The notes under the pieces were generated by a model, which did not search any database, was not told the DNA's origin, and saw only the letters and a list, made by a program, of their open reading frames with translations. Source: Macrostomum lignano (lineage: Eukaryota). From it: DNA of 61,808 nt. How positions within the stretch are numbered: position 1 is the first letter of the stretch; each line of letters starts with the position of its first letter. The stretch is taken from assembly GCA_002269645.1 (NCBI GenBank), contig NIVC01002855.1, positions 1 to 61,808 of the forward strand, given 5' to 3'. The position numbers and the translations under genes are program-made. Of the stretch, positions 23,898-34,109 are shown one piece after another.

Positions 23898-26800
23898 GTC
23901 AAGATGATCGAGATGACCATCTCGATTAATCGGTGAACTAGTCGAGATGAACACCCAACACCGAAGAAGACTCACTCGTATCTTCGTAATAGACCACACA
24001 TAAAGATACCGATTCCCATACGTTTGTTTACGTACGACGAGTGTCGTCCTTCGTGAATATTTTTAGACTGAAAGCACCGTACTTTCGATTTTATTCGCTG
24101 ATTGAAAAATTCGATATACTAAAAAAACTTGAGTAGGAGACTTTACTTGAATAGGAGCTAACGGGAACTTTGTATGGGATACTAACTACAATCGTGGGGA
24201 AATAGAAAATGAACGAAGAGGACATCGACGAAATCAAAAAAAGCGGACAAAGCGCGATTACGAGGTCATTAACGACTTTATTCAGGTGTACGTCGTGGGT
24301 GTCTCGGCTCGCCCTAACGCTAACCCCGACACTACTGACCGTTGCAACTCTGTCGACGTCGTCTAGGTCTATCTTGTCTGTGTCTAGGATCTTAGTATAA
24401 CGACATCAGCTTTTTAAATGTCACCGACAGTATCGCGAATTAAAAGAAACACAACACCTTTTATAAAAAAAGTTACAGTAGAGCGTAAAAAACTTAGAGG
24501 TAAGAGGTGGTTAGCTTTAACAACTCTCAATGTTCTTTACTGCCCCATCTCAAAAACAACGAGTACTCCGCGTGATCCACGACACCCACGTAAGCCTAGT
24601 ATTTCTCTTAAAACTCGTAGGTAAAAATCCCTTAAATTTTTTTTAGCTGTTGATCAAACACCACCAATCTAAAAAAAAATGAAAACTAACGAAGCAGACG
24701 TCACTGCCGTTGCGCCCAGAGAAGCTTAGACGGAGAAGTAACAGATACTCGAGGTAAGATGTGAACTAGAGCTTGTTTGGCCAACCGAGTGCTTTAAAAC
24801 CCAATCACTAGTTTGGCCAACCGAGTGCTTTAAACACCAGTCACCAGTTCAGCCAACCTAGTGAATAAAGGGAACACCAGACAACACGGAGTTAAGTCGC
24901 AGTTACAAAAACTCTAATACGTTCGCAAGTTCTGCTGACTAAGAAGAGTTGCTAAAGACGGTAAGCCATTTTTAATTTAGATTTTTCTGAAATTAACGTA
25001 GTTAAGAAAGAAACTAAGCTAGTACGTTGCGACAACTGACTTAACGACTTTATTCAGGTGTACGTCGTGGGTGTCTCGGCTCGCCCTAACGCTAACCCCG
25101 ACACTACTGACCGTTGCAACTCTGTCGACGTCGTCTAGGTCTATGGCCATCTTGTCTGTGTCTAGGATCTTAGTATAACGACATCAGCTTTTTAAATGTC
25201 ACCGACAATATCGCGAATTAAAAGAAACACAACACCTTTTACAAAAAAAGTTACAGTAGAGCGTAAAAACTTAGAGGTAGTTAGCTTTAACAACTCTCAA
25301 TGTTCATTACTGCCCCATTTCAGCCAGACTTATAAATGTCATCCACGTAAGTCTAAGCCACGTAGGTCCGAACCACGGTCCAAAACACACAAGCTTAAGC
25401 CACGGTAACCACGACAGCCATAAAATCCAAGTCGCATAACTCTGACTAGCATATCTCTTAAAACAACCCGGTAAAAAAAAGGGATCTTTTTATTTTTTTA
25501 ATATTTTGATAGGCCAAACTTCTAGACAAAAGAGAAACGAGAACTAAAAACAGTAAAGTAGACATCTTTACTGGCCTGCTCGTCATCTAAGACGAAGTTG
25601 TCATAGTTATAGTCCTTCTAACACATGAGGGAGTTCTGCTGACTAAGAAGAGTGGCTAAAGACGGTAAGCCATTTTTGATTTAGATTTTTCTGACATAAA
25701 CGTCATTAAGAATGAAACTAAACTAGTACGTTGCGACAACTGACTTAGTACTTGAGAAGATTTAAGGAGTGAAACGGACACAACCAACGCTGCAAAAGAG
25801 ATTAAGATAGTACGTTGCGACAACTGACTCAGTACTTGAGAAGATTTAAGGAGTGAAATGGACACAACCAACGCTGCAAAAGAGATTAAGATAGTACGTT
25901 GCGACAACTAACTCAGTATTTGAGAAGATTTAATGAGTGAAATTGACACAAACACTTTTGAGGAAGAAGTTCTTATGCGTAGGCGGATAGTCACCTTAAA
26001 GGTCTTCTAATGGACAGCTACAATTGGATAACTAAACGCTCTGACGGCTTCAATAAAGACTGGATTCAAGTAATCAACGCACACGTTTGACGCGTATTTC
26101 GAATAGTGAAAGTTTGAAGACGGACCGGTGAAAATACGCCTCTAGAAGATACAAATAGACATCGTCTACGGAACTAGCGAGATTAACAAAGTCAGACAAA
26201 AATAAGTCAAACTAGAGATCCTAGAAAAGCAGCGACAACTATATAACGGACAGATCCTACCTATAGACTCGACTACATTCTCACGACAACGGTCTTTACC
26301 TAAGTGGACGTTTTAATTATCTGTAGAAAATTATCGTTTAAAATTTAATGTCAAGAAAAAAGGAACAACTAGTACTGTTTGACTATACCAACCAAGGTGA
26401 AAAGCGTCGTCTCCAATTGTTTAAGAAGAACACTTTAAAAAGACAAACTCAAAAAACAACCTAAATACTTTATCCGACCGCGTTACTGGAGTAACATTTT
26501 AGAAAAATCGGATAGGACACCTTACCAACCTTTGTCTTCTTAGTCTAACGTCAAGGGTGCTTAACAAAACAAGCCCTCGAGCTTGGTCAAGACACGTTAT
26601 ATTTAATGTAATGTTAACAATACAGCAGGAGAACATTTTATCAAAAGATAGACGAAGACACCCGGTCAGTATGTTAGTAGTTTCTGCTAGTTTACGAAAG
26701 AGGGGAAAAGATCGAGTAGACCAACCCCATCTTCAAACCAGAAACCTAGGTGGACGCCTAGAGGTATCCACTTGTAAATTACAAGACGGTAAAAAGCAAC

Positions 26801-27465
26801 AGAAATTCCACGAAACGTATAAGTCGTCGATGTTAAAGACCCAATGACCCTTCCAAAACAACCAATAATTTTGTAACTTATTACAGGAGAAACAAGTCAA
26901 ACAAAACTTCGGGACGTTAGTTGTAAAATATGAGTAGAACTATGTCACACCCTCTCATCTACACGTCTCACAGTATCAGCTATTTCGGTCCAGATTCTTC
27001 GTACAATTTCTGATTTACAAAATGGACTTGGACTACTTGGTTGTTGTTACGTAGACTTCACTGAGCCCTAACTGAGCACTACTCTTTTGAATTAGACTAA
27101 TGCGCAGGTCACTCCTAACTTCAGCAAACTTTTCAGGTAAAAAAGATACTACTTTTTTTACACATAACAGGAAATAACAAGTAAGCATAGGTACCAATAA
27201 AACAGCGCCGCTCCGATCAAAGACATTAAAGTTTACCTCTTACAGACTACGGCATTCGACGGCTTTATCCTGCGTTTTTCCGGCTTAAACTTGCGTTTTC
27301 AACGGGTCACAGATACCGAGTCAACAAACCTGACGTGTGATCGGGAGCGCGGCTTTAACTTGCGTTTTTGCTGCTTTAACTAACGTTTTTCAATATTATT
27401 CAGTAAATCTTCTACACAGTAAAACCCTGAACCTACACAGTAAAACCCTGAACCTACACAGTAAA
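23898..27465. other. 3568-bp block that is the in-place complement (not reverse complement) of mariner + Polinton sequence
   Basis: Complementing base by base without reversal reproduces, in the same order, the sequence of 46060-48200 and the reverse complement of 22770-22950. Both edges fall back into register with the flanks. Confidence 0.95.
26342..27139. pseudogene. A32-like packaging ATPase, readable only by reading the + strand backwards
   Basis: Backward reading from 27139: MDFSNDFNPHWTRNQIKFSHHESIPSHFRCIVVGSSGSGKT ... LIVFDD ... FTRGRHNNCNVIYIAQNWFELPNKTIRGNCN. Several frameshifts. Confidence 0.9.
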
Positions 27466-27557
27466 CGGGACTTAGATGTGTCATTTCGGGACTTAAATAT
27501 GTCATTTCTGGACTTAAATCTGTCATTTCCTGACTTAAATGTGTCATTTCGGGACTT
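27412..27557. repeat. 21-bp tandem repeat x7 (GATGTGTCATTT(T/C)GGGACTTA) between ATPase and core gene; shorter array at 48180-48263
   Basis: Period 21 is kept across the complement/normal boundary at 27465/27466. Confidence 0.85.
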
Positions 27558-27582
27558 GTCTTGTACCCTCGGAAAGTACCCT

Positions 27583-27969
27583 TTAGTCAAATTTAAAACC
27601 ACTTCCTTTTTTAATGCTAGCTCTCATCTTCTCATAGACTGCAGGGTCCACACTGTCTGGATTTGGGGCCAGCGGAGCCAGCGGGGCCAGCGGCTGAATC
27701 TCCTGTTTAGGTGTTACAGTATCCTTTATCTTTTTGGCTGCTGTGGCTACACTGCCAGCCGCTTCGGCAACGTTCTTGATGTTCTCTTTGTTCTCTCCAA
27801 TGACCTTAAAAATCTTGGCCCCCTGAGCGATCAAATCGGCAAGGCCATTCCCAGAGCGTTCTTTTCTTGGATAGTGGCCTGCAGGGAAAAGGCAAGATCC
27901 GCGTTTAATGAGATTAAGTTCCTCTTTGTCATAGTATTTGTCAATGTCTTTTTCGAAAATAAGAGGCAT
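27583..27969 (-). CDS. Polinton small basic/amphipathic virion (core/membrane-active) protein
   Basis: MPLIFEKDID...KRGSCLFPAG...GNGLADLIAQGAKIFKVIG...KKGSGFKF. Conserved in copy 2. Gly motifs resemble adenain cleavage sites (inference). Confidence 0.6.
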   Translation of the reverse strand: MPLIFEKDIDKYYDKEELNLIKRGSCLFPAGHYPRKERSGNGLADLIAQGAKIFKVIGENKENIKNVAEAAGSVATAAKKIKDTVTPKQEIQPLAPLAPLAPNPDSVDPAVYEKMRASIKKGSGFKFD

Positions 27970-27985
27970 TTTTACTTGAAATAAA

Positions 27986-28315
27986 TTATTTTTTGTTGAA
28001 CCGCGAAAGCAGAAGCTCTCTCGCCCTCTTATCGATGTATTTTCTCTCAAGCATTTTGTCCAGGATGTTGACAAATTCTTTTCTATTCTCGTCTTTCATT
28101 CCGGTCTTTGCCGCTCCTAGAAGAACCACTACTCGCTTGTAGATTTCAGTTATTCCTTTTCCAGATTTGGGCGGTTGGTTTTGGGGTTGTGGAGTTGGTT
28201 GGGTTTGAAGCTGCTGGGGAGGTGATGAAAAAGACCGCTCACTTTCAGAGATGGAACTGTCATGTGGTGCCTGTCTTTGTTGAGGTGTGAAAACTCTTTG
28301 ATTGATTCTATTCAT
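27986..28315 (-). CDS. Polinton conserved hypothetical protein
   Basis: C-terminal EIYKRVxVLLGAAKTGMKDENRKEFVNILDKMLERKYID is shared with 48691-48969. Confidence 0.55.
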   Translation of the reverse strand: MNRINQRVFTPQQRQAPHDSSISESERSFSSPPQQLQTQPTPQPQNQPPKSGKGITEIYKRVVVLLGAAKTGMKDENRKEFVNILDKMLERKYIDKRARELLLSRFNKK

Positions 28316-28560
28316 TCGATCTGGGGAGTGTTGTTCTAAGCGTTGCCAGGCATCTGGGTGATCATTTTTATATTTAGCTACTTAATTTTGAGTCGGATCT
28401 GCATTTTCCAGTTGCCTGAGTACTTCTGTAAAATGTTGCTGCTGTTGTGGTGGTTGCTGTTGTTGTTGTGGTTGTGGTTGTTGTTGTTGCTGTTGTTGTT
28501 GTTGTTGTTCTAGATTTCATGACTTCCCCCTGATCTGGCAAACCAAACCATTGTTTAAAG

Positions 28561-29270
28561 CTAGTGCTTGTACTTTTTTAATTTAGTCAGGTTGACACCG
28601 CCATCGTACATATGTTTCAGAACTTCTGGGACCATTAGTATTTCTATATCTCTAGCAAGAGAAAAAGTCACTAGATCTCTGTAGTTCTTTAGCTGCTTGT
28701 CCGAGATTCTCTCTTGGTTCTTGGTCATAAAAGTCAGTAAGGCGTCTGTGATAGGAATTTTCATAGTTTCTGAGCCTTTGACAACAGAAATATTTTCCTT
28801 ATTTATGTTGATATAATATTTCACTGGTTCATTATAAATGTTTTTCTCCACATACTTATTCCAAATACATATTTCCCATCATGTTCTACACGCTCTACTG
28901 GTCCAAAAATGTTATCTGTCACTTTTAGTTGTAATTGACGTGGTTGTGGTTGTTGTGGTTGCGGCTGTATCTGTGGTTGTGGTTGTTGTGGTTGCGGTTG
29001 TATCTGTGGTGCTTCTGGAATTTTGCCCAAAACCTTTTGCACCAGGGTTTCCTGCTGTATGTCGTCGATAGTTTCTTTGACCTAATCAGTATTTTTCTTA
29101 GCTTCTCCATACCCAGGTTTATGAAACTCTGTGGCTGCTTGGACAAACTCATTGTAGGATTGTTGCTCCTTATTTATTAGCCCGGTAACTCGTTTCTGTG
29201 CTTGTGCTAGCTTCTCCAATTCAGATATCTGCTGTGTACTTTTTCGCTTCATTTCTTATTTTATTTTATT
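28561..29270 (-). pseudogene. Disrupted Polinton hypothetical gene with Gln/Pro repeats
   Basis: Fragmented ORFs homologous to 49076-49936 (LEKLAQAQKRVTGLIN / LKKLAQAEKRVTGLIN). Confidence 0.5.
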
Positions 29271-29282
29271 TTTAGTTAAAAA

Positions 29283-30577
29283 ATGAACGACCCACTGACA
29301 CCAGTTTTCTACAAAATTAACAAGCCTATTTTGAGTGATGATAGCACAATCAAAGCGACTCAGGTAAGAGTTCCCAGTCAGGAAAATCAGAATGAAACTA
29401 ATTTGGGTCCAGGTCAAACGCTGACATTCACATATAATGGATGTTCGTCTTTGGTCAGTGTCCACAGTCTAAGGAGCGGCTTCTATATGACGTTTCAATT
29501 CAAAACTAAAGGAGGCGCAGACGCCGCTCATGCTAATGATGATCTACACAATGCGGATGTCGCACTAACCAGTAATTTCTGGGCTTATATGTTCAAAGAG
29601 TTTAATGTGTCCAATGGAAGTACAGAGTTGGAAAGAATAGCAAACTTTGGTGTGGTCTATGATACCCACTGCTTGATTGAGAACCCGGATTTTATTCAGA
29701 TGGGGAGCGGTGCTGGATTCATCCCCAATGAACAGACAGGAGATGAGAATGACCCTGGTTACAAAAAGAGAAAGGAGAGATACAACTATGCTCTTGCTGG
29801 TGAGAACGATGCTGCTAAGAATCCGCTGTTTAGGTCTGTAGATATTTTTGTACCTTTGAGGTTTATGAGTGGTTTCTGTAATAGCTTTAATCGGTTGACA
29901 AGCAACTTCAGCTACACATTTAGACTGACTAGAGATGATCGGAACAGAGGAATTTGGTCGGGGGTCAATCATACATCGATGGAGATTAAGCTAACTAGCG
30001 TGGAGCTGTACTTAGAAATTATTGAGCCCAAGACTGCACTCAAAGCTGAATACTTGAAGGCGAGTGAGAAAGACATTGATGTTGCTTATACAGCTTATAT
30101 GTGCAGAGATGAGCGGAATGACGCAAGACACAATATTTGCATTAAAAAAGGCTCCTGTAGCAATCAAGGTACATTATCGTCACTATGAGGAGTACGACTA
30201 ATGTAGGTAGATATCTACATGGAAACGTTCGATCGATTCAACATGAGATCAGTGACAATTTATACCCTGCATTGCCACAAAATGGGAATTTCTCGGAGAA
30301 CAAGATTAGTAAGTTTTACAATGAACTGTCGGACCTGGCTGTCAAAGAGAATAACGGTATTGTTTTGACAACCTTGCAGTATAAAAAACTATAGCCAATA
30401 TTTGGTGTTGATGTGACTGCTAGACAAATGCCTACAGACAATAGCCCTGTTAACATTGTGACTAATATCGAGCGGAAAGAATTTGGTGCCGCAACGGCTG
30501 TTGATCTGTTTATTATCTATGCATTTGAGAGGAAAATCAAGGTCAATATGATCAATAACTCGTCTAGTAAAGTTTGA
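29283..30577 (+). pseudogene. Major capsid protein (double jelly-roll type), frameshift near 30150-30180 and TAG at 30392
   Basis: Begins ILSDDSTIKATQVRV...NLGPGQTLTF; contains DIFVPLRFMSGFC and, after the stop, PIFGVDVT...FIIYAFERKIKVNM. Position upstream of the penton fits. Confidence 0.8.
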
Positions 30578-30599
30578 ATAATTTTTTTTCAATAAAAAA

Positions 30600-31457
30600 A
30601 TGGAAGCCATAGCCGAAAGACTAAACAACATTGTTTCACACTCTAAGGAGAGCATTCCAATCACTGTAGCGGGTCGCATTACTGACTCAAACGGAATCTT
30701 CATTCAAAAATTGGAGCAACCACTTCGTTTGGATCCCGAGGCGAATTACCACGTCTATCTCAATGATTTCACTGGGTGGTCAAATGTTCCCAATGTGACA
30801 GCGGAAAATAACAAGTTTTATTACAAATGGAAGCGTACTACAACAGAGGTTGTGATATTTCCTGTCAGCACACAGAGCGTGGATACTTATAATTACTTCT
30901 TGGAGAACGTCTTCACTAAACGAAAGCATTTTGAGATACCGGATGAAAGCAAACCAGAAAATAAACTGTTCCCTGTTAGATTAACTTATGATCTAACTGT
31001 CATGAGAGTTGTCTTGCAAGTTCATAAGGACGCAGAGGTAGAGTTTAAAGATGGCACTTGGTATCGCGAGTTGGGATTTGAAAAGAGAGTTTATGGTGGC
31101 ACCACAGACCAAAGCCCGCCGCAGGCGCCTGGCACTGTTGCTGTGTCCCGGCTAATATCCGGTATGTACTTGGCGCCAAATATCGCTGACATTGTCAAAG
31201 GTTTGAATATATTAATTCGCAGCAATCTGAGCCATGATTGGATATTCAAGGGCAAACGAACCAACATACTTTTTAACATTTCAAACTCTGTTGCTGGTGG
31301 CAAAATGCTTGTGCAAAAGCCAAACCCCGTGAAAAGAGTGATTCTGAGTAAAAGAGAGATACATGAAATCGTTCTGCAGTTTGAAACAGAGGATGGAGTT
31401 GGTGTCGATTTTAACGGGGAAGAGTTTGTGCTAACAATTATTATTGAGAGAATGTGA
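30600..31457 (+). CDS. Minor capsid (penton) protein, intact ORF of 285 aa
   Basis: PLRLDPEANYHVYLNDFTGWSNVPNVTAENNKFYY ... IHEIVLQFETEDGVGVDFNGEEFVLTIIIE is the typical Polinton/adintovirus penton pattern. Confidence 0.8.
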   Translation: MEAIAERLNNIVSHSKESIPITVAGRITDSNGIFIQKLEQPLRLDPEANYHVYLNDFTGWSNVPNVTAENNKFYYKWKRTTTEVVIFPVSTQSVDTYNYFLENVFTKRKHFEIPDESKPENKLFPVRLTYDLTVMRVVLQVHKDAEVEFKDGTWYRELGFEKRVYGGTTDQSPPQAPGTVAVSRLISGMYLAPNIADIVKGLNILIRSNLSHDWIFKGKRTNILFNISNSVAGGKMLVQKPNPVKRVILSKREIHEIVLQFETEDGVGVDFNGEEFVLTIIIERM

Positions 31458-31574
31458 GTCGCCTTCAGACTTGTAAAATTAAGATATAAGCCGCCAGGCA
31501 CAACCTTGTAGTTGGCTACTACAACTGCCTTATAACTTCAGCAAAGTTATAATAGCTGTCAAAATCGTTAATGA

Positions 31575-31829
31575 CTACTCCGTGTTTTCAAACCAGTGAG
31601 ATTTAAGTGCTTGATTAATATTAACGACATTGATATCAAACTCAGGCCAATATTTTCTCATGTACTCGCTGCATTCAAGTTTGCATCGGTACTTACTCTT
31701 GTAATTAGGCTCGTGCACTTTGTAATAGGAACCTGAAGAGACAACTGGAAACATTTTTATTGAGAATTTTTTTTTCAAAGGGTGAGGACCCTGCGCTGAT
31801 GATTTAAAGTCTTTGGGATCTGGTAGCAC
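31575..31829 (-). CDS. Small Polinton ORF next to the terminal repeat
   Basis: SYYKxHEPNYKSKYRCKLECSEYMRKYWP is conserved in copy 2 (51617-51853). Confidence 0.45.
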   Translation of the reverse strand: MLPDPKDFKSSAQGPHPLKKKFSIKMFPVVSSGSYYKVHEPNYKSKYRCKLECSEYMRKYWPEFDINVVNINQALKSHWFENTE

Positions 31830-32269
31830 GTTGCGAATTGAATGTGGGGAGAAGAATGCAGATTATTTTCTGATTGTTTCGAAGATGCTATAGGTGGATG
31901 TCAGTGGATTTTGTCAGTGTCAGTGAGCATAACAGGTGTCAATGGACACTTGTTATGCTCTGATTCTGTCAGGGATAATATGGATGGATTTAATAGGATA
32001 TGTTCTAAGTTTTCGGAGCAAGTGCGACCCCCATTTTTTCTGATTCTGTCAGAGATAATGTAGATGGATTTAATGGGATTATGGAGGAGGTGAAAGAATT
32101 TGTCCCAAAAGCCCCCTCATGCCTTCTACTAATCTGAGGTGTGAATTAAGTGAATCAGTGAGAAGGTTAAATCTGACAGTTATTTTTGTCAGTTTTATTC
32201 CTTTGTTCGCCGATGGCTCAGATGAGTAGCTAAGCTAGTAGGCGCCGGTCGCAGTGGACCAATGGCAAG

Positions 32270-32635
32270 CAGGGGCGTCGCCATGAATTTAATGGTGGGG
32301 ACAAAGCCAAGAATTCGACATGTACATGTACATGACTAAATTTTGGTACTCATGCATTTTAGTGCCACAGGCACTCATTTTAGCGCCGCAGGCACTCATT
32401 TTAGCGCCGAAGACACTCATTTTAGCGCCACAGGCACTCATTTTAGCGCCACAGGCACTCATTTTAGCACCGCAGACAGTCATTTGGGCGCCGAAGGCGC
32501 TACAATTTGGCGCCCTGTAGAAAAATTACTGATTACCACAAGGTGGGGTGGAGGGGACAAAGCATTGGCATGTCCCCCCCAGAGCTTTTACTGGGGGGAC
32601 ATGTCCCCCCTGTCCCCCCGGTGGCGACGCGCCTG
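32270..32635. mobile_element. hAT-type MITE with internal 21-bp tandem repeat (~7x TTTTAGCGCCACAGGCACTCA)
   Basis: TIR CAGGGGCGTCGCCA/TGGCGACGCGCCTG. 8-bp TSD ATGGCAAG (32262-32269, 32636-32643). Confidence 0.88.
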
Positions 32636-33396
32636 ATGGCAAGGCAGTTCTCAGTCGATCAAACTATCAAATCAGTTAGCAAAATTGCCAATAGTGCAAA
32701 ATCGGCGCTAGAGATGTACTTTGTGCACTCTAGATTCGCCAAGCGGCTCGGGTGATGAATCATGCGGTCTCTGATATTCGAGTTAGCCTATCATCAGCGC
32801 TACGAGAGGCTAGTTGGCGCGTTGAAGGCCAAAAGTAAAATTCCTCGTATTTAGCAATGTAATAGTACATGTAGCTACCCCATAGTCTCGCCACTGCAAG
32901 AATCCCTTGCACAAGTCCCCTCTGTACCTGCATGGCCAATGCGATCAAGTCCCAGCAGTGTCCCTTGTCATCGGCTATGACTTCGAGATTGACAGCGAAA
33001 AGACACTATAGTTGGCAGGTACGTGCTAAGCCCCCTCTAGTCGGAAGCCCGATTTCGAAAGTCCCGGTTTGGTGAGCCAGGACGCACGGGCTGGTGGCAG
33101 CGGGTTAGTTAATCTGCGGATTAGCTGATCTCTACCTTCAAAATTCTCCCTGCTTGTCTCTCGCTGTCCCTCTCTTAGCTATAGGACCTAGACTGCTTGC
33201 CACAAGATCAAGCTACCATGGGCTGACCATCTGACAGGATGACAGGAGTGGGGGGCCAGGGCTCTAATTGATTTATTTCTGAGACCTGAGGCCCGAAGGC
33301 TTCCCGAAAGGGGCCGAAAAGGCCGAACCCCATCAGTAATTATTATATAGCTTTTTGCAGCCCATTAGGGCCTACGCGCATTGAATTTAATCCAAC

Positions 33397-33880
33397 AAGA
33401 TACGTTTGCCAATGAACGGAACTTCTCTAATGGTAGCAAGGCTGGCACACCGGCATTTAATTTGGTCCATAAAGCATCAATTTGATCCAAACGCTCGTGA
33501 ACCATTTGGAAAATTCTTGCCCCCTCGTAACCGTCTTCGGTTGTTGCGTACCGTTGGAATATCAGCGTGTCTACCAACAATTTTCTGTCGTTTTTCCAGA
33601 GCTCTAGCTAGCTCTAGTCCAAATCTGATAACCAACTGGAATTTCAGGTAAATTTGCTCGCTTGGCAAGTGAAAGATGAATAGAAAGGCGAAAATCACCA
33701 TTAAATTAATTTAACGACGCGTTTCGCACGATACTGTGCATCTGTGGGGCTGATCTTGCGCCTCCACAGCAGTAGCAAATGAAGCTATATGGACCAAATT
33801 GATGCTTGTTGGACCAAATTACATGCAAGTGCCGCTGTGCCAGCCTTGCTACCATAGACAAAAGTTCCGTTACATTTGCA
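33397..33880. repeat. Inverted repeat pair (~95 bp arms), probable MITE
   Basis: 33397-33490 matches the reverse complement of 33790-33880 (ATGGTAGCAAGGCTGGCACA...ATTTGGTCCA...GCATCAATTTG). Confidence 0.55.
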
Positions 33881-34109
33881 AACCCATGGAGAGGAAACAA
33901 TAAAATTAGAGGAAATAATAGAGTGTGCTAATCTAAGCCAGTTATTTTTGTCTCGCTCGATCTTCACTTTTACGAGCATAGCATCCCTTTCCCCCGTTCC
34001 TTCCTATTGGCTCGCGATTGCCATAGACAAAGTCGTTTTCGTCTCGTTTTTTTGTTTTCGCCCCCCCTCTGAAAGGTATGTCCCTTTCCTGCAGAAAGGT
34101 ATATCTGCA

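Larger units (their letters stand above)
24121..32130. mobile_element. Polinton/Maverick (adintovirus-like) provirus, copy 1; left part deleted, first 3.3 kb in the complemented block
   Basis: Colinear with copy 2: TM gene, coiled-coil gene, ATPase, core-like genes, MCP, penton and terminal repeat ending TCTACT at 32130. Confidence 0.9.

Noticed and set aside
24209-26847. ORF-track ORFs inside the complemented block (24209, 24418, 25196, 25656, 26557)
   Set aside because: By-products of the complemented text. The real coding signal is in the backward reading.
23898-27465. Ordinary inversion or inverted duplication of Polinton DNA
   Set aside because: An inversion gives the reverse complement with reversed gene order. 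Here order is preserved and only base identity is swapped.
27412-27557. CRISPR-like arrays (also 32350-32500, 34110-34400, 34810-35010)
   Set aside because: Head-to-tail tandem repeats without unique spacers, no cas genes, eukaryotic context.
27337-27984. 215-aa plus-strand ORF (and 48184-48561)
   Set aside because: Antisense to the Polinton virion gene, extended by tandem repeats, and crossing the complement boundary.
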